Source of the DNA: Marsupella aquatica
Lineage: Eukaryota > Plantae > Marchantiophyta
Reading direction: 5' to 3'
Length of the DNA stretch: 64,000 bases
Assembly (NCBI GenBank): GCA_973895155.1
Contig: OZ316894.1
Coordinates: 7,278,234-7,342,233, forward strand
The position numbers were made by a program, and so were the translations under genes. Each line of letters begins with the position of its first letter. Position 1 is the stretch's first letter. Of this stretch, positions 44,348-57,530 are shown piece after piece. Below the pieces are notes generated by a model. It saw nothing but the letters and a program-made list of their open reading frames with translations, was not told the origin of the DNA and searched no databases.

Positions 44348-44700
44348 CACTAGAAGAATCCGAGGTGAACTGAGACCGCAATATATGACTCATTTTGGCT
44401 CATGTGACTTCATTGTGACTCAACGTGACTTGACCCATGCTGTGACCCTTGGAGTTGCAAAAGTTGAGACCAAAAAATGGAAGTCACTATTGATACTGGG
44501 CTTTGCAACTTGCTTGATACCCATTTGTGACTGATCTGTGACTTTATTGTGGAGTCTAGCCTTGTTTCGACGTGACTGCAATATGACTTCAGCGAGTCAC
44601 ATCGTAAGTCACATACATGACTTACCCGCATTCAACAACGACTAGCGTGTGACTATTTAGTGTCACAGGAGAGACCAATGGAGACCCTGGCCCGCGTCAC
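44348..44700. repeat. Left TIR and GTGACT/AGTCAC subterminal repeats
   Basis: Many gtgact/agtcac copies in both orientations. Confidence 0.85.
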
Positions 44701-45202
44701 ACAACAGAACCATTTGGGACTCTATATACTCATGTTTATAACTAATAAGGTTCACATGCAAGTTATAACCATGACTAATGAACACAGAGGGACAGTTCAT
44801 AAGGAGAGAGAGCACTCGACATTACAATACATAGAAACCTGATGTTCTAACTTTAGAAATATAACACATTGAATACAAGAAATGAACATAGCATGAATGA
44901 CATCCACATGAAACAAAGCATCATATAAGCAGATCCTACATAAAACATTCATAAGAATTAAACACAATCACAATCTTGCTAAAAAATGAAGATCATTTGA
45001 ATTCCAATGGAATAGTTTACAATGTGATCAATGTAATTTAGACAAAACAGGAACTCATAATTGATGACTGTAGGATGAGATAACTGAAAGCACATGCATG
45101 ATACTATGAATCTCCAAGAGGACATGATTCTTGTACTGCTTCTTGACATCTAAAATCTACATAACATGACTCACACTACAAACAAATAATGGCATGACAT
45201 TG

Positions 45203-48200
45203 TTATGGATCCTCTATGAACTTGCTTGGCCATAATACCAAAGAACCTGCAGCATCTCCAAGTGTCTTTTGAGGAGGATCATCATTTGTGTTTGGAATGG
45301 GAAGGACAGCTTTAGGTTTCACTAGTAATGTGACTAACACTACTGAATAACCTGGGGGAATCCTCTTGCCATGGAACGTTGTGGAACCAACCTGCACTCT
45401 GGCAAATCCTACTCGTGTTCCACTCTCATCAACAGCTAACAAGCCACTTTGTCCCTCAGCATTAGGTGCTTTCCCCACTTCCACCTTAGATCTTTTTGCC
45501 AGCACTGTTCTTGGAGGTTTGTATGAAACCTTTGACGTGGCTCTGCTCCCACCAGCAGACTTGCTTCATGTGCGCATGCTTCCTCTCTTCACAGTAGTGA
45601 AGCTAGGCTCAGTAGGTTCCTCTGTTAGGACTGTCACAGTAGCAGGTTCATCACCTGGGAGTGTCATACCAACTAACTCTTTGGTTGGATTTATCTCAAC
45701 AAGAGGCACACCTGTCATTGAGAATGATACATTCTGCAAATCATTTATCTCTGCAATGGAGTCAAGATCTACATAGCATGAATCTGGCTCAATGGTATCA
45801 TTGTCATGCTTGCTGATATCCTCATTTGCCCCAACATTGATATCATCCACTCCCTTGCCAATGTCATCCTCATCCAAACATGGTTGACTGCCCTCTGTCA
45901 AACAAGTTGCTTGTACAGACTGCAACTTTGTTGCCTCTAAATTACAGCGAGTATTTGCCAGGTTCTCATACTTCTTCTCTGTAGCACCTGTCTTATTCTC
46001 TATGGACACAACAACCATAATATATGTTACTGAAAATAACACATTCAACAAACAATGTCAATTCAAACTATACATTTAATAATCATATCCCACACAGTTG
46101 TAAAGGCCTTACCTTCAAGCCTACATGTCGTTGGCATGCCAGAAGAGTGCATCGACTTTGCCACCTCAAGTGGTGATGGTGGAACTCCTGCAGAATTGGA
46201 ATCAATTTTATCTCTCACCGACACAACAGCTTCCATTAATGTCTTGAAGTTCACATGGAACAAGTCAGTCAATGAATTCAAACGTTCATTGATCTCTGGA
46301 AGACATGTTTCGACAGCCTTCAAACGACCACTTATCTCTGTAAGTGAAGATCCACCTCCCTACATGACACAGGGGTATAGGTTCAATCACTCCATATGAA
46401 ATGTTGGGCAATATATGCACAATCAATGTTATATACAGTGTACACCTAAAATTCAACGCAGGTCATTCAATTACCAATCAGAACTCATATAACTTACATG
46501 CTTGGAGGATTCAGATGCACCCTCTTGAGCCCGGGTGTTCACAATTTCAGCCCTCAACTCTTCTTTTGAAGGGCTTTGCCCCAATTGGGCTTTCTGCACA
46601 TGCATGGCAAACACAAGTTATCGATCAATATTCAGGGAACGTACACTAAAAAACAAAGTTTACATGTATGGGTTTACACTAAAAAATAGTACATAGTGTA
46701 GCATAAATTACATAGCTAGGCCATTCATTCTTACCAAACGTTTAGCTGTCGGTGCAGTGCCGGTCCTTCCTGTCAGATTAGGGTTCTGAACACTCAACCT
46801 GGCCTCGGTCATCTGTGAACTCTTCTTTTTTGAAGCATCTGTTACAAAATAAGCTACTAACCTTGCCCACACTTTATCATCACAACTGGCTGGTGGAGGC
46901 ATATCTGGCTTCTCCCCACCTTCCTTCCAAGCCTTATGCATTCTCCACCTCTCTTGCTTGATAATTTTACCTGCTGTACTCTCTAGGCAACCTATGTCCA
47001 CGCCATCATCACTGCCCACATAATTCCATTTGGCAGCAACATTTTCACATACAGTCTTCCAATCTTTTGGATGTTGTTTTTTAAAATTAATAACACTCAC
47101 ATCTAACCAACGCAATACTTCAGCTTTCAAATCAGCATGCCATCGGTTCTTGCGAGGACACTCAGCATCCACCCATTGTCTCTCATTCAACTTTACGTTC
47201 CCTTTCTTTGTCACCTCCCCTCGTGCACTGCTCTCGGTAGTACTGGGCGTTGTATTGGCCACCCCTTCATTCACCCTACCTGGGGTTCTGAAGCCACCTG
47301 GGAAAATACAATGCCATTCATGCTTGAGAACTACATATAGCAGAATGGATGACGGCAACATTCAATGCTTCACTTCAAGAAAAATTCTTCAAACATACAT
47401 ACCTGTAGCTCTGCCTGTAGATGCCTGTGCAGGGACTGCACTCTGAAATTGTTGCGACCCTGGACCACCTGTCCAGCCTAGTATAGGGGCCGGATGATGT
47501 CACTTTCTAGGTATGTGTGTGCAAACATATGTACTGAAAACTAAGTACAAACTGTAGGAAAACAACTGAACATTCACCGACATACCTGTCCCCCTTCCGT
47601 GCTGCATCTGCATAGGGGCATTAGTGAATACTTGAGTCGATGGTTCGACTGTCCAACCTGCACACATACATTTTCTATCATTATACATGTGCAGAGTCCC
47701 CCCCACGTGAATGGACTCCACATATAATGAGTTCTTCCATTGCTGACAAGATCAGACATTACCTGCTCCTCTTCCAGCGTTTGTAGGTACTGAATTTTGA
47801 TATCCCTGCCAATTACCTTCACCACCTTCCCAACCTTGTTCATTCCACGACCCACCACCATCCTCCCAACCTGGTTCAACCCATGTCTGTCCTTGTGGAC
47901 ATTGGAACTGATCATTACTAGCATTTGCCCAATCAGGTTGGGCAGAATCTGCATGCAATGGCAGGTGGACAGAATTTCATGTTGTCTGAATCCAATACAT
48001 CCCAAACAATGTCAAAAATTGATATGCAGTCTGAAATTCAGGAGTGCCATGCCTTCACAAAGAACTGGCATATAGTTATATACTCACATCCCCATGGTTG
48101 AGGTGGACGTCCATACCCACGAGATTGTGGGTTTGGACCTGCTCTGCCTCTACCACGGGCATAACCTAGAGCTTGCCCCCTGCCATAGTATTGGGCACCA

Positions 48201-48703
48201 GCCTGGGATCTACCACTACTACCACCTCGCCAACCTTGATCAGAGGTCAGCCCCCCTGCTGGTATGGTGCATGCACAGGCTTCGAAGGCAAAACAGAACT
48301 GGCAGGACGCTGCATCACATCACCAACTACAATGTCAGGAACTAAGCAAGGTACATATGTGTAGTACTGAACATATGAAACCTCTAAACAAGAGTTTTTA
48401 ACTCAAAACCTTGTTGGGAAAACTACTTACATGTTTCTTTTGGGGCTGCTCTGCAATGTATTCATCTTCATAACCCCCATCCTCATCCATTTCCTCTGGA
48501 AAATACTCATCATCTGCATCTTCTTGTCTAGTGTCTGCACCCACCTGTGCAGCATCAATGTCATCTCCACATTCTGCCATTGTAGGTACGACCTTCTTGC
48601 TCAACCTGTCACTCCGACGCACAGGCCCAGAGATAGTGCTGGTCACCCTTCTTGCGTACTCCTTTTGTTTCTTTGAAAATGTTGTGGCTCTGCGACATTC
48701 CAA
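45203..48703 (-). CDS. Multi-exon TnpA-like gene (Transposase_24-like and Tnp1-like C-terminal domains); exon limits approximate
   Basis: WARLVAYF..KKKSSQMTEARLSVQNPNLTGRTG; FHGKRIPPGYSVVLV...TLGDAAGSLVLWP; several GT-AG introns; lies downstream of TnpD. Confidence 0.75.
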
Positions 48704-49063
48704 TATGAGAATACAGTCACAATTTCAGTGCCACATTGAACTATTCATGTCACACAAACTCAGCGGAGGGGTGTAGTTGAGAATCGTTCCCTTACAATTC
48801 AGCCACATCCTTTTCCAGATCCAGTTCTGCGATTTTGGCTTTCACATATGCTCGTTGTTCCATAGCTTTCCTTTCATACTCACACATCTCTGTGTCACTC
48901 TGTTCCATCCTATTGGACCACAAAAACATGTCATCTATGGTCACCCGTATAACACAATGCAACCACAATCACCAGGCATCCATCCATACATCTGTGTTGC
49001 TTCAGAATTACTTTATTACACATCCTTCCCCTCACTAATGTCCATGCAAACAATTCACATTAC

Positions 49064-52000
49064 TCATGGCACAGGCACACTGTTGGCATCTGCATCTCTG
49101 AATTCGCCTCCTTCAGCAAATGCATCTACCCTTGTCATAGGAATGAAGTCCCCGCTATCATGAACTACAGGCACTTGGTCTGAACGCCGACGATCAAAGG
49201 CACTATGAGAGTGTAAATGAAACTCAAGGTTTGATCCTTCCATCCGACATTGCCTGGCCTGTTTATGACACACTACACGCCAACCTGGGGAGTCTTCCAC
49301 ATCCAAGAAGAAAGCTTGCTCCACCTGACTAGGAAACACAAATGGCTCAGACCATTCGGGCAATTTCCCTCTGAAATTGGCCAGCAAGAAACCGTCGTTG
49401 TCTCTCTTCATGGTAGCCCTGTTACCAAGCCAATCCTGCCGCACCCATGAACCTTTCATAAGAATCACAGGACTGGACACCGCCCCATAGTCCAGAGCCC
49501 ATATGTCAACTAATTCTCCCACATATCCCATCTCCATCCAGGCCTTGTCGTGATTGTGGCTCTGTTGCTCAAATACAGTGATGAGCCCGCAGTCATTCGT
49601 CACCCTGTAGGCACTGTCACCATCCTTCACTCGGAAGTGATTCCCATATGCTCTCATCCGTTTGTAAGTCTTCACTTTCAGGCTAGGGGCATTAGACAGT
49701 AGGTAAACATCTGCATCCATGTCTGGGTGGGTCTCGTGATGCTCTCTAATTGCCACTCTGATCCACTCCATGAAACCTGGAAAAGTTGTTCCTGCAGTGG
49801 GATGGGCCGCCTTCAATGACTCATACTCCCTGAACGAACAACCACACAGCATTAGCTTGGGTAAACATGAACAGGCTGAAGGAGAAAACCACACGAACAC
49901 AACATTTAAGCTCATGAACTGGATTATAGCACATGTATGCACTCACTGTATCCAGGGTTCCATCACCACAGTGTTGTGCAATACAAAGTCATGTGCCAAG
50001 TCTCTCATAGATATGGTCAGGTTCTTTGTGGTTGCAGCCCCTTCCAGTACTTCACCTATCACCCCTTCCTCCTCATCAGAATTCCACACCCTGGTCTTCA
50101 CATGCTCATATTGTGCTATGTATTCGGTCAGAAATCCCAGAGTCTCATCCTTGATGTAACCTTTAGCCATGCTTGCTTCAGGTTTGTAATATGTTCTCAC
50201 GTGACCTTTGAGTAGCTTCATGTACCGTTCCAAAGGGTACAACCAACGAGCACTCACAGGCCCAAATTGGTGTAGCTCTTCCACAACATGGACAAGTAGG
50301 TGGGTCATGACATCAAAAAATGCGGGAGGAAAATAAATCTCCAGGTCACACAGCACCTGAGCGACATCTTCTGTCAGTTGTGGGAAGTGTGTTTCATCCC
50401 AAACCTTCACACAAATACGACGAAACACATCACTGAGTCGCATGATCACAGTACGAACAGGCTTCTGCAACAGGCCCCTCAGGCATAAAGGCAACACCTG
50501 TTGCATCAACATATGGTAGTCATGGCTTTTCATACTACCAAGCTTTCTAGTCATGATATGCTTCTTGAAAGCACTGCCATAGTTTGAAGGAACCTTCAAA
50601 GAACTCAACCTCTGCACAAATAGTTCCCACTCTGTGTCTGTCAGAACATAGGGCGCTTGGTACTTCAAGAGCACATCAGCTCTGTGGGCATGTGGCCTCA
50701 ACCAAAGATGGGGTTTCATTCCCCTCTGTTCAAGATCCAATCTCACTGAACCAGTGTCTTTCTCTCCACACAAGAATCTGAGTAGACTCTCACAAATATT
50801 ATTTTCAATGTGCATAACATCAATGTTATGTTTGCTTGGCTCAAACTCCTGCATCGTTGCAATGCAAAAGCGTCAGGAAATGCCTCAAGTTTAGTCTCTC
50901 TCTTCGAAATGAATGCACATGCTCTGAACCAAAACATGTATCCCAATTAGCATCAACTCCAAGAGGCTTACCCTCCAGTACTTGAGCTCCAAGTCCAATA
51001 TGCTCAGTCTTTTTACACCATATCGCTTTATTGGATCACTCACTCCATCTTCCCTGCCCCCTCGTTTGATATAGTCATCCCTCAGTGCTCCCCACTGCCT
51101 GATCTCCTCTTTGGTCACTCGTGCCGGGGGTCCACGTTGCTCAATCTCATTGCCAAAGTGTGCAATCAGTGCCTGTCTTTCTCTATAAGGGTGATCTGCC
51201 TTCAGAAAACGACGATGGCCCATGTATATCACTTTCTGCAGGGCTCTGGAGTACTCACTGGTGACATTGCGCCCACAGATAGTACAAGCACAATATCCTT
51301 TTGTTGTTTGGCCTGATATCATCCCATGGGCTGGGTAGTCAGCTATAGTCAGAATGACAATGGCTCTAAGGATGAATGGGTTTAACCTCCCAAGCCTCTG
51401 TAGGACATCATATGTGAGAACTCCTTCCTCCCAAAGCTTTCTCAATTCCTCCACTAGGGGAGCCAGAAACACATCTATGTTGGCAGATACAGCACTGTCT
51501 GGCCCTGGTATCAGTAGGACCATCAGAACAAAAAATTGCTTTGTAGTCATCCAAGGAGGAAGGTTATAATTCAAAATAGTTACAGGCCAGCACAAAAATT
51601 TGTTGTTCTTGTCTCCAAATGGGTTTACCCCATCCAATGACAGCCCAAGTCTGACATTCCTCGGCTCAGCAGCAAATTCGGGATACATCTCATCTATGAG
51701 TTTCCATTGCCTTGAATCTGCAGCATGTCGTTGTAGCCCATCATCACTTTTCTTGTTAGTTGCCCAAGTCATCATCTCCGAGATGGCACGGCTTCTGAAC
51801 ATCCGCTGAAGTCTGGGAATGAGTGGAAAATGACGAAGTACCTTGGCGGGAACCATAGACTTTCCTGAGTTCCGATACCTGTGCTTCCCACACTTAGGGC
51901 ATGTCAACGATTCTTTATACTCCTTTCTGAAAAGAACATGCCCATCAGGACAGGCATGGATCGAATCATAGTTCAATCCAAGATTAGATATGCATCTTTT

Positions 52001-52795
52001 TGCCTCGTACATGTTCTTGGGCAAAATATTACCATCTGGTAGCACAGTTGTTCGCAAGAATGCCAACAACTCAGAAACCAAAATGTTGGGGACATTGTGG
52101 TTGCCGCAAATGTTTAGGAACATGATGACAAATCCCAGTTTAGAACATTTGCTACCGGGGTACAAAGACTTCCTGCCTTCCTGTATTTGCAGGGGAGAGC
52201 CAAACATCCCATCATGCCCAGGGGTTTCCTGCCCTATCTCAAACTCATCAAGAGGCTCTTCGACAGGGGGCACACTTGCATCTGCAGCCGTATCCTCTTC
52301 ATTGTCCAGCCCATCATGAAATGCATCCAAGTCTTGGAAGATGTCTCTCACCATCTCTTCCACATGAATTCCTTCGTCACGTGGTGCTGCCTGAGCACCA
52401 TCCCGTTGGAGAGCTGACAACCCACAGAGACCAGCTACAACATTTTCAAATGCACCAGGCAGAACCTCACTTGCCCGTCTTGCAGCATTGGCAGCATCAA
52501 ATTCTAACCTCCACTCCTCGTCGGAAGAATCTTCCTCTGCAGGATCATTCCAAACTCGATGTCGTGGATCTCTTCCATGAACCGCGATATGCCACCAAAC
52601 CTCATTCAGACCCCTGGTACGGGATCCTTGGCAGATTGCACAAGGACATCTCATCCTACTGGCTCCTGAAAGTCTGGTTCGTAACCTTTCACGCTGCCAA
52701 AGCTTATTATCATGGCGTGATATCCTTGTGGGATGATGCAAAGGCAGTGCCTGTGCCCTGGGCTGGGTCTGGGGAGGGTGGTGACCAGGGTGCAT
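49064..52795 (-). CDS. CACTA TnpD transposase, 3 exons (52795-50972, 50848-49947, 49829-49064), 1163 aa, apparently intact
   Basis: CPC..C, IHACPDGH, RNVRLGLSLDGVNPF, DYPA, DVMHIENN, MKSHDYH, FFDVMTH, WLYPLERYM, EPFVFPSQVEQAF; GT-AG introns with compatible phases. Confidence 0.93.
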
Positions 52796-53228
52796 TGTAA
52801 CAGGCTGGGAGCTCTGCAGTCATGGACAGCAGTGAACAAGGATGCCTAATGGTGGTATTTGTGTTCCATATATCCCTGATTGTATCTGCCAAAAGAGTTA
52901 ACATAACGTGTACTAAATTCTCACAAACCCTAAACCACCCCAAAAGAAAAAAACAGGTTCGCAAGTAGTGTACCTATTATCAAGTGAATGACACAAAATT
53001 CCTAAATGTTGGAGGGTGTCACCACCTCCTCCACTGTCCTCAAATGTACCGCCTCTGCATGTACGTTTACAGTGACACCCCCAGGCAGCAGGAAACAACA
53101 ATCCGCCAACAGTAAAATAAGCCCAACTGCCACCAACCATAACAAGGTACATTAGTTCAAAGATCACATTTATTTCAATGATCTGATTTATACAAAAAAA
53201 CTTGTGTCCAAACTGATGCTACTACTCC

Positions 53229-54107
53229 TCACTCTGATTCAGAATCGCTAATGACCCATTCCTCACTTGTTGTCTCATAGTCCTCTCTGTAAGGATCCTG
53301 ACCCTTCCGTGGCCAGGCCTCAAAAAGATCATAGTCCATTGGGTTTTGACGCTTCCCAGCTGCTACTGATTCCACAAGCCAAGCATATGAAACCACAAAC
53401 ACATTATGGGACATGACATAAAAGCGAATGTCTCCCTTCCCAAACTTGCGGCAGGCTTTGGGATATGACTTAGTAATGACATGAGTGGTGTCCTCTGTTA
53501 TATTCTCCTCCACTGTCCCACCTAGGTCAAGCACTGTGGACTTGTACACTTTGCACTTAACCTCTCCAATTCCCGCCTCCACAAATACCATGCTCAGCCC
53601 TTTCAGAATGGGGGTTGGTTGCTTCGTCTCCTCAGCCAACATACACTTCAGCCTTGTAGAGCTCTGTCCTTTGTTGAGTACAGGTCCATATTGGAGATCA
53701 GCAAGCCGTGCCTTTGCTTCCCAGACTTCTTGTTCAGCCCAAGCTGATGCAAAAGCTTCTTCATCCTCCCACAACTCATATTGCTCAGTATCCTGTACAA
53801 TCTTATGTGCTATGGAATCTGTGATCCAAGAGGCCTCAACTACTTTTAGGCCTTGCTTAGTAATTGCAGAATTCATGTAGGACCATGACCACTTCTTTAT
53901 CACTGATAGCCATGTCCCTGCAACAACATGTGTAGTCTCTGGAGTGATGTCCTGAACTACAGTGCCATGGAGCTCAGAGAATCGTTTCTGTACAGTTGGC
54001 CAATGCACTTTGGTCAACCCATGCTGGCCATGGACCAAAATCGCTCTGACCCCTGTAAACACTGCTGGGTGGTCACACTTTCTACGTTTACCAGGCTCCA
54101 TGTACAC
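53229..54107 (-). CDS. Tandem BRCT-domain protein (292 aa) carried by the CACTA
   Basis: Two repeats of (F/L).G...GTV....T..TTHV....VV...W..(D/E)S....Y.L. Confidence 0.85.
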   Translation of the reverse strand: MYMEPGKRRKCDHPAVFTGVRAILVHGQHGLTKVHWPTVQKRFSELHGTVVQDITPETTHVVAGTWLSVIKKWSWSYMNSAITKQGLKVVEASWITDSIAHKIVQDTEQYELWEDEEAFASAWAEQEVWEAKARLADLQYGPVLNKGQSSTRLKCMLAEETKQPTPILKGLSMVFVEAGIGEVKCKVYKSTVLDLGGTVEENITEDTTHVITKSYPKACRKFGKGDIRFYVMSHNVFVVSYAWLVESVAAGKRQNPMDYDLFEAWPRKGQDPYREDYETTSEEWVISDSESE

Positions 54108-54693
54108 ACACTCTACGTGATGACAGTGAATTTTGGAAGAATGGGTTCACCTGACAATACAAGGACAACAAAATTCCTGCTTTTTGAGTTGATCTGGCCC
54201 ACTGGTGCTCAGGTCCAATTTTGATAGGTACAAGGGATATGTGAACAATACGTACTAGGCACCTGCACGGATGCAGGACATTGTTTGAATATATACTACA
54301 AAATCCATATCCGTGGTGAAATGAAGTGCAACCAACTTGTCATGGCACATACATATTTTGTTGTAAAGGAGGATACATTCAATGACAAACTTATAGGGCA
54401 ATTTGATTAATTGCATGCCTGATAATTTATACGCTTACAACTTAGAAGTCCTGTTTTAATTTAGCAGTCTGATGAAAGTGTTTATGAAAATGACCACTCA
54501 GCCTAAATACTTCCAAGAAGGCTTGTAAGGATAAGTTTGTATAGGCATGTACCCAGCCACTGACGCCAGAGCACAAGATAAGTGCTGCCTATATAAACTC
54601 GCCTACCCAACTCCTTTTCAAAATTGGAATCTCTGCAATCTCAAAAAATAGTACATCCACATCAGGTGCACTGTGCATGTACAATGTTCAGCT

Positions 54694-55374
54694 TCACAGC
54701 CAAGATATGTGATCTCTCACAGGAGTGCGCGAGGTAGGATCAATGGCATGGCGATGACAATAAAATATCCATCGATCAACACCATGTGCAGAGTGATCAT
54801 AGATTTCTCTGTCACAAGCATAACCCTCTGCTTGATGATCTTTCAGGCAATGATAGTGCCACATAGTGGGACACCTAGCACAGTGGACTATGTCAGTCCA
54901 GTAGTCATCATCATGCTCACCACATGCCTTGCACCTATGAAGTGGGCAAGCTGTGGCATGAGCAGGCAAACACTCAAAACAGAAAAATCTCACACAAAAA
55001 CAGTCTGGACATTTCCTAACATTTGCTGCAGCATCAACAGAGCCCTCATAGGACCCCAACTTCCCACACTGTGCACACTTAGCCTGCTTCTCCAAACAAT
55101 CAGTGCACATCCAGTCTCCCTGGTGTGTTGACGGGAGGCCCACCCCTGGACAGTTGTTTTCTGCAGCAAGGTCAGACTCCGGGTTGAGGTGGAAATGCCT
55201 CATGCAAGGGCCCTCACAAATGACCAGGCCCCCACCATCGTCACAAATGGCACAACAATGAGCTGCCTTCTGGAAAATCTGACTTGCAGAGAAGTTAGTA
55301 GCATCTGCCCCAAGTACACCTGTGTTTCTCACCTCTGTCACACGCTTTTTGGCTTGAATTTTAGGCCGTGCCAT
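54694..55374 (-). CDS. Stand-alone EDM2/NSD-type composite PHD-finger protein (226 aa)
   Basis: CAICDDGG.L..CEG.C.R.FH, C..CGKLGS, CPLHRC..C, C.RCP..WH..CL, IFYC..H.ID....TPVRDHI, in the order I recall for the EDM2 PHD region. Confidence 0.85.
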   Translation of the reverse strand: MARPKIQAKKRVTEVRNTGVLGADATNFSASQIFQKAAHCCAICDDGGGLVICEGPCMRHFHLNPESDLAAENNCPGVGLPSTHQGDWMCTDCLEKQAKCAQCGKLGSYEGSVDAAANVRKCPDCFCVRFFCFECLPAHATACPLHRCKACGEHDDDYWTDIVHCARCPTMWHYHCLKDHQAEGYACDREIYDHSAHGVDRWIFYCHRHAIDPTSRTPVRDHISWL

Positions 55375-56072
55375 GCCTGCGCATGAGATAGACTCTACAA
55401 TTTAGCAGACTGCACAGAAAGTAAAATATATTTAGCATTTAAGGTACAAAGGCATTTGCTACTGCAATGAATTGGAATGGCCACACAAGGATGCAGAGCA
55501 CACATACTTTTGGTATGTTGAGCCCACACACAAAACTGATCCCCTAATACAATTTCTCCACCAACACCTCAATTTTAATTGTGGCTATGATTCACCAAAG
55601 GAGATCTGCAACAACATTTCATGCATTTGAATCACATACAATAGTCGTGACATGTAAAACAGGCATTCTTTGAAGAGGATTGGTATGAAGCAGTCACATA
55701 AGGGTTGAAATTTATACATCCTAAATAGGTTATGATAGTGGCTGAGACAAATAAGTGAGGCATAAATCATTTTGCATATTATCACATGGCCCATTAATTC
55801 ATTCAACGTTGCAATGTTCACCAGGTTAAAGCAGTCATGAAAGCAGTCTTTCAATAGAGACTTTTATGCAAGTTTGCTAGCCTCTTAAATTAGGATATTT
55901 TGCTTAGTGCAGGCATAATAGGATATAAGTTATGTACTGTTGACCCTAAACCCTGGACCCAAAATTGCTCATACATCAAAATTTTAAGTAAATATCCTCT
56001 GTGTTGAAGTCAGAGTGTTAAGCTATAGGTCAATGGTATCTGGTCTGTGCATGCGGTGTGACAAGTGGTCCT

Positions 56073-56522
56073 CTAGAGCATGTGATCCAAACATGTGTAG
56101 ACACCAAAGTCACCGGTGGTGGGGTCTGGGAGGGCAGGACAAGTGACATCACCAGGCACACTGCAGGATGGCGAGTGGTTCCAGATGATACATTGTGCTC
56201 TGTGCAAAAATCGGCATCCAAGAGAACGATCATCCAATTCTGGGCCAGAAGCCCTACAGGCAGGACAGTCATATTGGCAACTGTGTACACACCCTTGGCA
56301 CCTAATTTGTGGCGGGTCATGTACAAGAGACACAAATACCAAGGATGTCGGGAAGGGTACTGAAGCAGGTAGAGGCCGGCTGTAGTTGTTCCTGGAAACA
56401 ACAGGGTACTCAAAGTACCATGCAGACTGGGCTGGAAGGATCCCAAGTCTGACATACTCAAAGCGCAACATCTCTGCCTTGCGTGCAAGTCGCACATGTT
56501 CAGCGTTGCGGGTCCTCACCAT
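56073..56522 (-). CDS. Cys/His-rich, PHD-like zinc-finger protein (149 aa)
   Basis: CQGC..C..CPAC...GC...C..WNH..C...YTCLDH; ATG start; same strand as neighbouring cargo ORFs. Confidence 0.5.
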   Translation of the reverse strand: MVRTRNAEHVRLARKAEMLRFEYVRLGILPAQSAWYFEYPVVSRNNYSRPLPASVPFPTSLVFVSLVHDPPQIRCQGCVHSCQYDCPACRASGPELDDRSLGCRFLHRAQCIIWNHSPSCSVPGDVTCPALPDPTTGDFGVYTCLDHML

Positions 56523-57530
56523 AAGTGTTGCTTTCGTTGTGATGTCCTCTGTTCACGTCCTTTGATGAGCAAGGTGAGCAGGAGGTCGACTTGCCTCGCC
56601 AACAGCAACCACCTAAACTAATCAGTTCCCACTCATTGTCTTGGTTCCAACTACAGGTCATAGTATACACATAGCATGAAACGTGCATAGTACATATTTG
56701 ATTATGAGTTTATGAGTTTCCTAAGACAAAGAGCTTGGTGATAAACCCATATTCTCGACGGACATGTATATCAATCATATTAAACTCCTGTTTTTTCATC
56801 CAGAAAGACCGAAAGTCTCACCTTGCAGGTTGCAGCAGAGAGAAAATTCACTGGTTGTCGTGTTGTGCAAGTGAACCTCCACTGATGCCCCGGTGTAGCC
56901 CCTCAGATGCAGGTGACACTTACCAACTCCCAAGTTGCCTGGTCTAACAGAAAATGCTTATATCTTCAGAACTTTATAGAGCAAGTACATGATCACATAC
57001 TTCTGGATCTATTCATATTTGGAACTCTTGCCAACTACAACTCCCATTATGCACAAGCTCACATCAACAGAGAAAGATACAGAATGCATACTTACTATGG
57101 CTCTAAGCACCTTCACTACCTTGTTGAACCCAGTCCTGAAGTCTTTTCAGCGTGTTTGTTGTGCTGTCTCCTTTGGCACCCAACACCTTAGTCCTTGATG
57201 TAACAGAATGCGATTTTACAAGTTAGATGCTTTGGAACCTTCTATGGTCTTAGCTGAATTGATGTCATCGTAAGTGGTGAAAGACAAGGAAGACGAAAGC
57301 TGGTTGAAGAGCTGTGGACAACACACTAGCATGAAGTGCTTCAACCAATCCACTGCCAAACGGAACTCTTACACAGTCACATTCTTTTAGTAAACAAAAA
57401 CTCAGTCAAACTTCAGAATCAAAGTACAGACTCTGAAGGACCAAAGGAGGATGTTGTGAGTTTCTCTGTTGTTTAATGTGTTACCCTTCTAGTTTTGAAG
57501 TTAGCAAATGCTGAATAATGTGTCTACCAG

